Below, piece after piece: positions 23,240 to 38,322 of a stretch of 64,000 nt of DNA (its first letter is position 1; every line of letters begins with the position of its first letter). The notes below the pieces were generated by a model. The model was not told the origin of the DNA, searched no databases, and saw nothing but the letters and a program-made list of their open reading frames with translations. The stretch is taken from contig OX597814.1 in assembly GCA_951406725.2 (NCBI GenBank), forward strand, positions 682,001 to 746,000, in the 5' to 3' direction. A program made the translations under genes and the position numbers. This DNA is from Octopus vulgaris (taxonomy: Eukaryota).

Positions 23240-23990
23240 AAAATTTGAACTGGAGTTGAGAATCTCTTTGGAGTTCTCTGAGGGCAATAAGTTGATGGCT
23301 GCAAGTAAACCATGAGCTGGAGAGAGAATTGGCTCAACTTGTTAAAAGGAGGCAACAACACACACCAACATTACTTCACTCTGAAGATGTGACAGTGAAA
23401 GTCTAGATACGCTGATGAAGGTTCTAGTAATTTTACTGCTTCGAGAATAGTACAAATAACTTCTAGCGCAGCTCGCGATCCTATCTTCTTCAACTGTTCT
23501 TAATGTCAGGCCTGTCTGGCGAGATTCTGGGAAGGACTGAGTATTAAGGGCTTTGCCAAAGGGCCCAGTGGTGCACAGGATATGGTAAATAAAAGAAGAC
23601 ACGAGGAGTGTTGATATTGGATGAATGGAGATGGTATGAGATTAACCAGTTCTGAAGAGCAGAAGCCGTTACAGTAGAAGTAGAAAAATCAGGGAGGAGG
23701 GTCAGCACCGTCTATGGGTCAGAAGTTGTAGTAACGGCACCATCCCAATGATGGGAGCAGTAGTACTCTCTCGTTATGAGCTGGGGGAGAGAATGGACTA
23801 AACCTGCTATAAGGAGGCAACAATACACACCAACATCATTTCACTCTGAAGATGTGACAGTGAAAGTCTAGATACGCTGATGAAGGTTCTAGTAATTTTA
23901 CTGCTTCCAGCATAGTACAAATAACTTTTGTAAAGGGTTGATAGTTATTAAAGTTGGGGCTCAAGTTTTCGTCTGGCTCTAAAGAGAAAG
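23240..23990 (-). mobile_element. Decayed CR1-Zenon-like LINE RT C-terminus with internal duplication
   Basis: Peptides EYYCSHHWDGA and FFYFYCNGFCSSELVNLIP; 23312-23462 duplicates 23776-23927. Confidence 0.65.
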
Positions 23991-24066
23991 GTTTACTCCA
24001 AGCGATTTAGTCTTTGTTGAATCGAGAATGTGCAAGAAGCAGCTTTTCTTTTCTTAGACGCTATAT

Positions 24067-24334
24067 CAATGGTTCTCAAAGTGGGCAGTATTGCTCCTCG
24101 TCCCCCAGGGGAGGTGAAAAGTTCCAAGAGGAGCGTGGAAGAAAAGTGGGGCGATAGTGGGGTAGCGATTCATGTAAAAACTACAAAATAATGGGTTCTT
24201 TGGGTTTATTTGTGAAATACAGCTGCTTTGAATTTGCTTCAGAAACAGGTCTATGTTTGTGATGGTTAGCTGGGGAAGCGGCGCTAGGTGTCAAGGGGGG
24301 GGAGGCAGCCCAAAAAAAAAATTAGGAAACACTG
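24067..24334. mobile_element. hAT (Charlie-like) MITE
   Basis: TIRs CAATGGTTCTCAA / TTAGGAAACACTG; perfect 8-bp TSD CGCTATAT at 24059-24066 and 24335-24342. Confidence 0.85.
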
Positions 24335-25416
24335 CGCTATATTAACGACCGTTTGTCTATTATTACTATAGGTGTACTACTTATACTGCTGTCATTGTTC
24401 CCTGTGGGCAGGCCCTCTCTCTCTGTCTCTAACCCGGTAGAAAGAGGGCTACCTCTGTCCCTTTCTAATCTTTCGGTTCCACTCCCTCCTCTCTCAGTAA
24501 AGAGGTTTTTGTCTTGTAAGTTCGCGGGTGCTGATTCCACGTAAAAAGCGCCCACTACACTCTGTAAAGTGGTTGGCATTAGGAAAAGCATTCATAAAAC
24601 CATGTCAAAACAGACAAATGGAGCCTGATGCGGCCTACTGGCTTATCAGCTCCTGTCAAACCGTCCAACCCATGCCAGCATGGAAAAAAGGACGTTAATT
24701 TATAATGATGATGATGATGATGATGTATTTGTTGCTATGTATTTATGCTTGTGTTGTTCTGTGCCTTGTCCCTTAGTTCAGTTGAATGTGTCAACCCCTG
24801 TACTTATCTTTTCAAGCCTGGCACTATTCTATCGGTCTCTTTCGCCGAATTGCTAAGTTACGGAGACGTAAGCAAACCACCGGCTGTCAAGTGGTGGCGG
24901 GGAACAAACACACACGCAGAGTTCTCTCTGAGAACTACATTAAGGGTACGCGTGTCTGTAGAGTGCTCAGCCAATTGCAATTTAATTAAGGCTGTTCTGC
25001 TGATCAGATCAACTGGAATACTCGTCGTCGTAACCGACGGAGGGCCAGTCATTTCATTTCTTTCAGGAATATTATGTCACGAAATTCAGTTTTATTTGTA
25101 TAGCTCCGAGTTTTAAATGTTCGTATACTGTTGCTTTTTAGGTTTAAGTATTTTTTTCGCAAGATTCTTGATGTGAAATCGAGTGTTAAAACAGATATTG
25201 TTAAATGTAGGGACGGCCATGTTGCCAATAAACACACGCACTACATATTTGATCTTCACTTTAGCTTTATCATTATTATTAATTATTGTTTATTTGTCAG
25301 AGTTCTTTCGTAACACATTCTTTGACCCCTTCAATGACTTCTTGTTCTTCTTTCTGGCCTTATCCAATATATTCCATCTTGTGGTACGGATGCATTTGCG
25401 TCTAAGTTTGTGTGTG

Positions 25417-25586
25417 CAGGGCGGACCCGGTGGGGGGGGGGTCTGAAGGGCACATACCCCCCCCCCCCCCTCTTAGGAAAAGAAGTGCGCCCTTCTGAAT
25501 AATGTTATTACGCTCTTTTCTCCCGGAATTGTATTCTCTTCTGACCTTGTGCCTTCTTTTCGAAAAATTCCTGGCACCGCGCCTTG
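25417..25586. mobile_element. hAT-like MITE
   Basis: Imperfect TIRs CAGGGCGGACCCGG / CTGGCACCGCGCCTTG; TSD-like TGTGTGTG / TGTGTATG. Confidence 0.55.
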
Positions 25587-25589
25587 TGT

Positions 25590-26250
25590 GTATGCGTGTC
25601 TTGTCTGCATAGGTTTGTATATTGCACTGTTTGCTAGGTCGTGGAGTGAAGGTATTACTATTCCATCCGCGTTTCCTGTTGGTGCTAGGTCTACTATCTA
25701 TGGTGTGTGGCCTCTGTAATCTGTTTGAGTGTCGAGTCAGGTCTATGTGTACATAAGATCTTATATGTTATCTATCGATTCCCCATGTGTTAGTTTAGCA
25801 TGTTAGTATAGCAGTGGCGAGTTTTTCTCCCTTGAGTTCCCGCCAGTGTCCCTTTATCTTCTCACCTATGCTACGAGCTGTCTCTTCAATATGCCTTTGT
25901 CATGTTTCTGCACCATCCCTCTGTACACATTCTATAGACTGCATTACTAGTTTTGTAGCTTATCTGTGGTCTTACCCTATACAGGTCCTATCAGTAGAAA
26001 GGGTTCTTTTTAAAGAGATATGTTCTACTGATCAAGGATTTTAAGGGAGTTCTTGGCCTTTCTCCTACTTCAATTCATAGATTCAGTTTATCTGAGTCTT
26101 TTCTAAACTGATACGCTAGTTCGCTTCGAAAAGTAGCGTCGACCAACATGATGCTCTAGTTGCTTTTTAGGTTTTCCTTTAATCTCTCTGTATCTTCCAG
26201 TGTCCCCACTACAACTAATATATCACCCACATACTCGATATATACCGTAT
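25590..26250 (-). pseudogene. Decayed Penelope-like element RT plus GIY-YIG endonuclease fragment
   Basis: YVGDILVV (degenerate YVDDI) at about 26208-26233; frameshifted TSNAVY..C..C..YIEETARSIGEKIKGH...HAKLTHG at about 25780-25950. Confidence 0.7.
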
Positions 26251-26329
26251 ATTCGTACTTTGGTATTATTATTCCTTTTTCTGTTGTAATAAAAAAAAAG
26301 TCGAAAACTCTCTTAAAATTGTTTGTCTT

Positions 26330-27185
26330 CCACTTGTCTCAATCTTTGGACAGTGGCCATGCTGGGGCACCGCCCTAAACAGTCTTAGACGAAAAAAATT
26401 GACCCCAGGACTTATGTTGTTTATTAAAGTCGGGTATTTAGTCTATTGGTCTCTTTTGCCAAAATGTTAAGCGGTGGGGATATAACAAACACAGACACAC
26501 ATATAAACGATGGACTTCTACAGTTCCCATCTACAAATTCACTTGTGTCAAACGCATTGGTTGGTTCGAGGCGAGAGCAGAAGATACGTTCCCAAGGTAC
26601 CACACAGTGGAACTGAACCTGAAACTACGTGGTTGCAAAGCAAACGTCTTAACCACAGCCAAGGGTAGAGATTACATATGTAATTCTGATGCCCCAAACA
26701 CAAATTCTTAAAAGAAAAAGGAGAAAAAGAGAAGGGAGGAAATTGGTGCTGACAAAATCGTGAGCAGAGTAACGTTCTGAGAAACCATCAAGAATTCTTT
26801 GATGGTTTTTTTTGGTTTGTTGTTTCTTTCCCAAAATTCTAGGTGTGGCTGTGTGGTAAGAAGCTTGCTTCTCAATTACATGGTTCTAGGTTCAGTCTCA
26901 TTGTGTGGAACCTTGGCCTAGTGTCTTCTACAAAGCATCTAGCCGATCAAAAGATTTGGTAGACGGAAACTGAAAGAAGCCTGTCGTGTGCGTGTGTGTG
27001 TGTCTCACCACTACTTGACAACCGGTGTTGGTTTGGTTACGTCCCCGTGACTTAGCGGTTCGGAAAAAAGAGACCTACGGAATTGCCAGGCTTTAAAAAA
27101 AATAATAAATACTGAGATCGATATATTCGACTGCAAATTCTTCAAGGCGGTGCCCCAGCATGGCCGCAGTCAAATGACTGAAAGT
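26330..27185. mobile_element. Two SINE family A copies, head to head (26330-26660 minus; 26840-27185 plus)
   Basis: Family A consensus matches on opposite strands. Confidence 0.75.
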
Positions 27186-27489
27186 AACAGGAATCTACAT
27201 CCTCGAAGGCCTATCGCTGCAAAAATTTCATTAAAAAAAGGGGCATTTCTGAGGAAATTATGATAAAAGTAAGAGGAAGAGAGAGGGGGCAGGACGGGGG
27301 TGGGTGAGGCATTGATGGGGCCTCAATGTGTAGTTATGCCTTTGAGGTTGGGCCTCTTCGTGTCTAAATAAACAACAATCGACAACCATCGATAATAATT
27401 TGTACTTTTCTCGACCCGAGAAAAGACTTAAAGGTGAAGTCGACCCCCAACGGACGAGAAACAATCAAATAACTGGAATATCATGGTTA

Positions 27490-27870
27490 AGTGATGATGA
27501 TGATGATGATGAGAATAATGGCGATAATGTAACGATGATGGTGGTGGTGGTGGTGGTGGTGAAAATGTTAGTAATGATGATGATGATGATGATGGTGGTG
27601 AGAATTTTGATGGTGGTGGTGATGAGACTGTTAATGATGATGATGATGATGGTGATGGTGAGAATGTTGATGATGATGATGATGATGACGATGTAATGAT
27701 GATGATAGTGATAGTGGTGATGAGAATGTTAATAACGATGATGATGATGATGATGATGGTGATGGCGATGTAGTTGGTGGTAGTGAAGATGATGGTGATG
27801 GTGAAGGGGTGACTATGCCGGCTGTGGCGATGATGGTGGTGATGGTGATGATGATGATGAGGAGGAGGCG
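27490..27870. repeat. Degenerate (GAT/GGT)n tract
   Basis: Direct reading. Confidence 0.9.
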
Positions 27871-28206
27871 GTTGATGACAGGTGCGGTGGCATCATTGTT
27901 CAACTGTTTCTAATCGCTCTCAGCTGTAATGACGGACAATGCTAGAAATAGCAGCTAAATATCCTTCAAACAGCACCAGCCTATCGATAAAAAAATAAAA
28001 AAAAAAAAAAGAACTACACATCGTACAATGTAGTCCTGGGTAGACCATGTCATGTTTGTCAGTGACACACATTCTGTTATGAACACAAAAGTACAACGGG
28101 AAGTGTGGCTACTACTACTAATACTACTACTACTACTACTAGTACTACAACCACCGCTGCTGCTGCTGTTACAGCAGCAGCTTTTCATCCTCCTCCTCTT
28201 ACTGCC

Positions 28207-28238
<32 letters not shown>

Positions 28239-28384
28239 TGCCACTACTACTACCACCATTACTATTACTACTATGACTGCATTATTATAAAGCAGCATTA
28301 TATATATATATGTGTGTGTGTGTGTGTCTATGTATATCAGACACATAAATGCACAGATGGCCATATATATGTATGTATGTATAC

Positions 28385-28420
<36 letters not shown>

Positions 28421-28502
28421 ATCTATGTATGTATACATGCACGTATGTATGTATATATATATATATAGCAAAGCACACAGGTATCATCTGTGTGCGTATG
28501 CG

Positions 28503-28554
<52 letters not shown>

Positions 28555-28599
28555 ATATGATGATGATGATGATATATATATATATATATATATATATGA

Positions 28600-28636
<37 letters not shown>

Positions 28637-28766
28637 TGTGTGTGTGTGTGTATAATTTGTTTTTATGTTCAGTTCTAATAAGAACTGTTTCCCATGAAAT
28701 CCGATGCTTCGCTCCTGTACTTTTATAGAGTACAAATGTACAAATCTATTGAGAACATTATTGATA

Positions 28767-28841
28767 GCGACTTCGAAGTTTCGGCCAGTTAAGCCATCGC
28801 AGTCCGACGATGACTCAACTGGCCGAAACTTCGAAGTCACT
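28767..28841 (+). ncRNA. Hammerhead-like motif (28801-28841) with upstream inverted copy
   Basis: AGU CCGACGA U GAC ucaacug GCC GAA ACUUCGAAGU C ACU; perfect 22-bp IR 28769-28790 / 28817-28838; relatives at 32702-32752 and 52472-52513. Confidence 0.55.
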
Positions 28842-29547
28842 AAGCCACTACATGTACGTATGTATATAAAAAAAAAACACCAGCAAATCGGGAAGCTCCC
28901 CCCACCCTCCCACCCGCAAAAAAAAAATTAATTAATTAATAAAAAGCAAAAACAAACTGGTTACAAACATCAAAAACAAGGTGTGAGGGAAATCAGGGTC
29001 TTTCAAAATAACAGGGCAAAAGGGCAAATACCCCAGGGGTGTGTATTCTTCAACCCCGAACGTTCACACCCCAGGGTAAGAGTCACATATGTACTCTAAT
29101 AGAGTTTATTGGAGAACTTTAATTACTTGGGGTTATTCCAAGTGATTAGATTAATTAGGGATTATTTATGGATTCGTGTCTTCTTTAAGACATTTTAAAA
29201 GTAAGCGAGGGTAAATAGCGGCAATGAGGGATCGAATGCGAAGACGGGTCATGTTGGGAACTTGCCATTAAGTGGTGGCCACGGTTCTTGTCTCATGAGG
29301 TTCACGTTCAAAATTGATTTTTTAAAAAATGAAACGAGGAGTAGGGCAGCAATCGATTACATCGATTACCCCAGTACTTGATTGGTACTCTATTGATACA
29401 GATTGGTACTCTAGCAAATTCGACCGTGGTGAGTTTTGAACTCAAAAATGTTTGAGGCACACCATGGAATTTCGTTCGGAATTACTATTTCACACAAAAT
29501 GGAATTTCTTCAGTTTTTCTCGCTATTTCTTGTCAATTTTACAAGAA

Positions 29548-29690
29548 AACACATGTAAAGCAATCTTTCGGTATTGGTAGACATTCACCACACGATTTCC
29601 AATAATGACAGACCAAGATGAAAAAGAGAGCAAATGACATCGTCTTCTTGTACAGATATTCTTGGAGATCAATACCGAAGGATCGCCCAC
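29548..29690 (+). other. Structured element of about 145 bp, copy 2
   Basis: Homologous to 15602-15750, with identical outer stem arms. Confidence 0.75.
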
Positions 29691-31024
29691 ATGTAATTTG
29701 CACTTTAACAAAAAATTTTCAAAAATTCATGTTTTTACAACCTTCGCCCCCCACCCCCCACCGCTCCTTCGGAATAATTGCCACAATTAAAATGAATTTT
29801 TATTCCTTTTTTTTTTTCGGTATCTTTCGTTATTTTAGAGAATTATTCCATATTCTGGAACACTTGTAATTCAGTTTGTAAGAAGAAAGACTGTTTTTTT
29901 CAACAAGGCAGTGCCCCAGCTTGGCCGCAATCTATTGACTGAAGCAAGGAAACAGATCCCTAAAATTTCTCAACTCGAAATTCCCTCGGACACACACCTA
30001 AAACAGCGCGTGGCTCCTTGTCGGACGCTCCACCGACTCAGTCCACGCCGCCGCTCTTTTATTTCAATAATGCCATTTAAAAATTAAATAACTTAGCAGT
30101 TCGACAAAGGAAGACCGATAGAACGAGTACCAGGCTTTAAAAAAATAAGCACTGGGCTCAGTCAATTAGTTCGACTAAATTCTTTGAAAGCAAGTGCCCC
30201 AGCATGGCCGCCGTCTAATGACTGAAACAAGTAAAAGAATAAAAATAAATGTGATACGATCTCGTGATTCATTCGTTTTCCATGTTTTGCAGCGAATGAA
30301 ATACTTCTAATGCTGTCAGGGGGAAAGATTGAACGCCTCACACTCTCATTTCTGCTGTGAGAAAATAAAAATTGTCACCACCACCACCACCACCATCTTG
30401 ACCTTCTAATGATGATGATGATGATGATGGTGATGATGGTGGTTTAGTCAGAATCCTTATCGTGACTGAAACACGTTCAGGAAAAATGGCTTAGTCTCTC
30501 CTTAAATGTTGAAGCATCGTAATATGTATAGAGGAGCATGCACGTATACATCCATAAACATACACCTGTGTGGCGTGTGTATATACACACACACACACAG
30601 AACACGAATGGAAAGCAGGTTCAGTGACGAGGCTTGAACCGGCGAACGCACCACTTGCCGGTCGCCCGGCCGTGTCAGGGAATAGGCCCCTCCTTCGCAT
30701 TGTCTCAAATTGATGCTTTATACATACATTTTGAATTAAAATCTTAGCAGTTAATTTATACTATACACACACACACGCACACATGCTGATGAGTATAGAA
30801 GCCGGAGAACAAGGGGCTGGATATATAGACGAGAGTGCAAGAGAAAGAAAAGGGTTAGGGGTTAGAGAAGGATGAGGAGACAAAGAGGAAGAGGACGGAG
30901 AGGAATCGGGAATGAAACAAAGGTATTTAGGAGAAGATAGATATGTAGATAGATAGATAGAAAGAGATAGATAGATAGATAGATTGATAGATAGACAGAT
31001 AGATAGACAGATAGAAAGAGATAT

Positions 31025-31069
<45 letters not shown>

Positions 31070-32486
31070 AAGAGATAGATAGATAGATAGATAGATAGAT
31101 AAGAAGGCAGAGTATTTTCAGATAGGATACAAATTGATACAGATAGATAGAAAGCTAGAATGATACAAATAGATAGATAGATAGATGGATGGATGGATAG
31201 GTAGAAGTGAATACAGCTAGATGTATAGATACAGCCATATAGATACAAATAGATGATGTGTCGCGAGGCAGGAGTAAAATATACAATGATAGAAACCTAC
31301 CTTTTCGATATCCTTAAAGATGGTTAACAAGGAGCTACAGTGATTTCACTGTATGTAAGTGTATATAAATTTGTGTGTACACTTATGTAGCTGCGTGTGT
31401 GTGTGCGTAAATATCCCAGCCGGTAAGACTTACACATACATATACAATATATATGTGTGGATACAATATTATATATATTATATACACATATATAGAATAT
31501 AATTTGTGCACGCGATACGGTAATAGCTCCTTCACAAAGAACACGTGCGCGTATAGTTAGCTATGTATGTATATTATATATATATCTATTTATGCACTCT
31601 GTAGCTGAACTGCTTGGGATGCGTGCGTGTGTATGTATATATGTGTGCGTCTGTTTGTATATAAATATGTTGTAGTAAGTCTATGTAATGTGTATGTATG
31701 TATAGAGTGATGTTTGCTCACAACACGAGAAATTTCCCCGCCTTAACGCCGAAATGAGAGAATACCGCTTCATCGGTTGGAAGAGTCCACTTTCATAGAA
31801 AAAGGGGTTGAACAGCTTGTTTGCCTCGAACAGACGTTATTGCACACACACACTCTCTCTCTCTCTGTCTCTCCCTCTTTCTCTATTTGTCTGTCTGTTT
31901 CTCTCTTTCTCTTTCTTGTCCATTGTGGACTCAGAGTGTATGTGTGTGTGTGTATGTGCGTACGTGTGAGTGGCAGTGGATCTCCGTATGTGTGTAAGTG
32001 TATACGTATGTGTATGTGTGTGTCTATGTAGGAGTGTGTGAGCGGTAATGTATGATTATAAGTGTGAGTGCGTGTCTCTTCAAGTGTGTGTGTGTGTGTG
32101 TGTGTGTGGTTGCTCATCACAATTAGTTCCTGCAAGAAATAATATAAACAACACAGAATGAACTACAGCAAAGATAAACACACACGCACACACGTGTGTG
32201 TATACACGCATGTATACATAAATATGTATGTGTATATATATGTGCGTGTGTATGTGTATATATATAAATAATATATGTATGTATGTATGTATTCTTTGTG
32301 AAGGAGCTATATATATCTTTATAGTTTATAATTATAAATATATTAATGCATATATGTTTATGTGTGTGTGTGTGTGTATAGATATACAATATATATAAAT
32401 ATATATATGAAGGCATACATGCATACATACATATGTATAAACACACATTTATAGAGTGTGTGTACATGTTTGTATGTATGTATGCA

Positions 32487-32530
<44 letters not shown>

Positions 32531-32911
32531 GGCATACATACATACATATACACATACATACATATGTATAAACACACATAGATGAAGAGTGTGTATACAC
32601 ATATATATACATACACATATATATGAATGTATGAATACATACATATTACATGTAAACATACATACATACATTTAAACTTTTACAAGGAAATGTTTGATTG
32701 GGACTTCGATGTTTAATCAGAAGACGAGCAGAGCTAAACTTCGAAGTCACAGTCTACCTTTTCATGGTAAAAGTTTAATAAACCTGCAAGAAAATATTGA
32801 ATAATATTTCAGTTTCATTAAATTGATTTCACGTATAACTTGAAAATGAGAAATATTTGTGGGTCCCTGTGTGTGTGCGTGACTGTTAAATAACACAAAC
32901 ACACACACATA

Positions 32912-33037
32912 TAGGCGTGGCTGTGTGGTAAGAAGCCTGCTTCCCCATCACATGGTCCCATTGCAAGGTATTTCAGGCAAGTGTCTTCTACGATAGCCTC
33001 GGGCCGACCAAACCCTTGTGACTGAAAGAAGCCCGCC

Positions 33038-33087
<50 letters not shown>

Positions 33088-33300
33088 ATGTATATGTACG
33101 TATTTATGGGTCTGTGTTTGTCCCCCACCATCGCTTGTCAATTGATGTTGGTGTGCTTACGTCACCGTGACTAAGCGGTTCAGCAAAAGAGACCAATAGG
33201 ATAAGTTCTAGGCTTACAAAGAATAAGTCCTGGGGTCGATTTGTTTCAATAAAGGCGGTGCTCCAGCATGGCTGCAGCCAAATGACTGAAACCAATAAAA
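32912..33300 (+). mobile_element. SINE family A
   Basis: Family consensus with internal deletions. Confidence 0.85.
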
Positions 33301-33426
33301 GAATATATATATATATCCTCATATATATATATTCTCATATATATATTAGGTTGTCTCACATGAAATGTTGCATTTGAAAAATAAAGCATTAAAATTGGTT
33401 TTTTATGTATTAGAATATTTATTTAT

Positions 33427-34437
33427 TTAATCAAAATATGATCCTTGTTCATTTATGACCTTCATCCAAATGTTCCCCTAAGGCATATATTCCATCTTCA
33501 AAGAATTTGTCATCTTTCACACTGATAAACTGTTCAAATACTTCAATGACCTCTTCTTTATTTAAGACTATTTTATTGCGCATAACAAGCTGTGATAATC
33601 ATAAGGAGAGATATCAGGAGACTAAGGAGGTTGTGCCAAAAGTTCATAATTCAGGCTTTGCAACTTGTGGACCGTAGCTTGAGGAGTGTGAGGCCATGTA
33701 TTATCATCAAGCAAAATTGGGCCATCTCTATTCATTAATTTGGGTAGCTTGTTTTTTTAATTTTTCATGCATGCAATCAATTTCCTGACAATAGGATGTT
33801 GCTGTTACAGTTTTTCCTTGTTGCAAAAATGAATAATGAATAACCCCCTTTGTTGAGAACCATACAGTGACCATCAACTTTTTAGGGTGCAGTGGTGGTT
33901 TTGGGTAGTGTTTTGGTAACTCTCCTGCATCTAATCACTGTCCTATCCTCCGGCTGTTATCAAAGAGTATCCATTTCTCATCACATGTAATGAGTCGATA
34001 CAAAAATGGTTCTCTTTCCAACCGAGAAATCAACGTGGAACACTCTATTGTACGGCATCTGTTTCATTGAATCTCATCAAATTGATGGGGAACAAACCTA
34101 TCCATCTTTTTGACTTTTCCAATTTTCTTCAAGTGTCAAGAAGCAGTTGCGTAGATGTCTGGAGCTCTGATCCAATTTTCCAAACTTTTGTTCTCAGATT
34201 TCGTTTAACCAAAGCATTCAATTCATCATGCCGAAAAACCGGTTTTGGTCTGCCTCTTGCTCCATTTTTAAGGCTTTCATTTCCTGAACGACATCTTTGG
34301 AACCATCTCCAAACAGTTCCAATGTCAACAGAATCATTACCAAAAGCCCACTTGATGCTTCATAGAGCTTCGGTGGCAGAGGGATCCAACTTGTATTCGT
34401 ACAAGAAAATCACTCAGTATTGTTCAGTTGACAACAT
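33427..34437 (-). pseudogene. Mariner-family transposase pseudogene
   Basis: VWRWFQRCRSG (HTH), CDEKWILFDN, LHPKKLMVTVW, LLDDNTWPH (HDNARPH-like), PP*SPDISPYDY (YSPDLAP-like), ends QGSYFD*; stops and frameshifts; one TIR TTAGGTTG after TA at about 33346. Confidence 0.92.
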
Positions 34438-34552
34438 TATCATAAGAGCCGTGGGTAACAATTTTGAATAATAGTGTTGTCTCGAAAGAAAACCAACATG
34501 CTAACGTTTTTGCCAGCTCACCGCCTTCAAAACAATATATATTGGAGCGAGG

Positions 34553-34718
34553 CAATAGCATAGCCGGGGGGGGGAGCAGTAGGGACAGTTCACCCCAGGT
34601 TGCACTTTAAAAGGGGTGACACTTTTAGGTCTGCTGTAGGCAGTGTTTTTTGTGGGGGGTCCCGGGATGGCAAAAGGAAGGGCCGCCCTAAGTGGTACAC
34701 ACTCTAGCTACGCTAGTG
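34553..34718. mobile_element. hAT-like MITE
   Basis: TIRs CAATAGCATAGC / GCTACGCTAGTG; 8-bp TSD GAGCGAGG / GAGCGATG; partial relative at about 19587-19697. Confidence 0.75.
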
Positions 34719-35223
34719 GAGCGATGTGAACATCATTCGAGCATTCATGAGAATGTCAGATGCATTTCAGCGTTCTTGGGCTTCATCAATGACGTGTACC
34801 TAGTCAGAGAGAGAGAGATTTCGTCTAGGCTTGTAGAAGAGACAAATCGATTACATCGACTCCAGTATTTGACTGGTACTTTATTTTGTCGACCTTGAAA
34901 GGATGAACAGCAAAGCTGACCTCAGTTGCATTTGAACTTAGAACTTAAAGAGTAGGAAGAAGTGCAACCATATATTTTGTCAGCCTGTCCTCTTAATAGT
35001 AGCCTTTTCTAATACAGGGCACAAGGTCTGAAATTTGAGGGGAAGGGGTATAGTTAATTACACCAACCCCAGTGCTCAACTGGTACTTATTCCATCAACC
35101 CCAAAATGATGAAAAGTTGAGTCGACCTCTGCAGGATTTGAACTCAGAATGTACAAATGGACGAAATGTCACTAAGCATGTTGCTCGGCATGCTAACGAT
35201 TCTGCCATCTTGGCACCTTGATG

Positions 35224-35299
<76 letters not shown>

Positions 35300-35688
35300 A
35301 GGGGAGCCTAATGATTATGATAATATAAAAAATAAAATAATCAAAGAACTGAAAACCACAGAGCTCAAAATGGACCACCGACCATAACAGCAACGAACCA
35401 TGATAAAACGATGGCAAGAAAAGTCCCTTCATGGTAAATACTGGACTAAACTAAACGGTCAAAAAATAGACAAAGAAAAATCCCAGCAAATGGTTGAGAA
35501 GCTCAGGACTCAAAGCAGAAACAGAGGGATTTTGTAATTGCAGACCTTAAGACCAAAGCCTCCCCACCAGAAATTACCAAAAACATGTAATGAAAAGAAA
35601 TATTACAAGTAACTGCAGAATAGTGGAGATGGACAAGAAACAATAAATCATATTATCTCAGCTCCAGTCTTGGCTAAGAAGGAATATA
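35300..35688 (+). mobile_element. R4/Dong-clade ORF fragment (pre-zinc-knuckle region)
   Basis: WQEKSLHGKY...WLRSSGLKAETEG...DQSLPTRNYQKH...CRI...ETINHIIS with frameshifts; preceded by (AAT)n. Confidence 0.85.
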
Positions 35689-36651
<963 letters not shown>

Positions 36652-37146
36652 TAATGACGATGATGATGATGACTATGACGACGACGATAATGATGACAAT
36701 GATGATGATGATGATGATGATGAGGATGACGATGACAACGATGACGACGATGATGATGATGATGATAATTGTCCTCAATAGACAAACCTTATCACTATTT
36801 CATACATAAATAACCTTAATTGCTGTATAGATATACACACATATATGTGTGTACTTTATTACGAACGTACTCTGTTATGTGTGTATGTGTGTGTGTATCT
36901 ATGTATACGTATGTGTGTATGTGCCTGTGTATGTATGCCTCTAGATATATCACTGTATGTCTGTGTGCATGGGTTTGTAATCCCGTTATCACGAAGAAAA
37001 TATTCCCTGATAACATGGCATCTGAAATTGTGTGTGTGTGTGTGAGTATATGCATCATTATGTATGTGTATGTCTGCATGCATATGAATGAATGTGTGTA
37101 TGTACATATGTCTACATATATCTGTACGTGTGTGCTTACATGTATA

Positions 37147-37454
<308 letters not shown>

Positions 37455-37964
37455 CATGGATGTTTGTTTGAATAAATGTCTTTTATCCTTTATATTTTTC
37501 TTGCTTCAGACTGCGGCCATGCTGGGGCATTGCCTCAAAGAATTTTTAGGCGAATGAATTCACCCCATTGCTTATTATTTTTTTTTAAAACCTGGTACTT
37601 ATTCTATCGGTCCTTTTTGCCGAACCACAAGGTTACAGGGACGTAAACTCACCAACACTAGTAGTAGGGGACAAACACAAAGACATGTAGACACACACAC
37701 ACACACACACACCCCACACAGACACACACACACACACGCACACCCCAAACAGACACACAGACACACACGCACACACAGACACACACACACACGCACACAC
37801 ATATACGATGAGCTTCTTTCCGTTTCTGTCTACCAAATTCACTGACAAGACTTTGGTTGGACCAAGGCTATGGTACAAGAGATTTTCCCAAGGTGCCACT
37901 CAGTGAGACTGAACCTGGATCCATGTAGTTTTGGAGCAAGCTCCTTATCGCATGGCCACACTCT

Positions 37965-38322
37965 AGATGTTCTTTCACTCTCGACATCCAGAGCCTTTAC
38001 ACGGTGATCCTTCACCATGAGGGGCTGCGTGCACTGCCTTACACACATGTGCGCCTTCGTTTTGGGGATCACCTTTACTTTGTTATCTCCCCTACTTCTT
38101 CGCTCTCCTGTGTGAACCTTTTGTCTGGCAGTTGCCATGATAGATCGTTAGCCACTACACACATTCTTTTTCTCTCCTTGTTTTTTTTTTCTGTGTCCCT
38201 TTCTGTAGAAGAGCGTTGGCTCGAAACGTAAAAGACTTTTTTCAATTCCTGAGCGTTATACTAATACATCTGTTTGTTTTGTACACCACCTGTTTTCATT
38301 TGTTTTTTTCGTGAATTCTCCC
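37965..38322 (+). mobile_element. Penelope-type terminal repeat with hammerhead-like motif at 38199-38234
   Basis: CTTT CTGTAGA A GAGC gttg GCTC GAAAC GTA AAAG; reverse copy at 48893-49105. Confidence 0.6.

Noticed and set aside
23312-23927. Direct repeats of about 150 bp suggesting LTR/TRIM or retrozyme, with CTGAAGA and CTGATGA motifs
   Set aside because: The region translates on the minus strand as decayed CR1-Zenon RT; no TG..CA ends, PBS or convincing stem II
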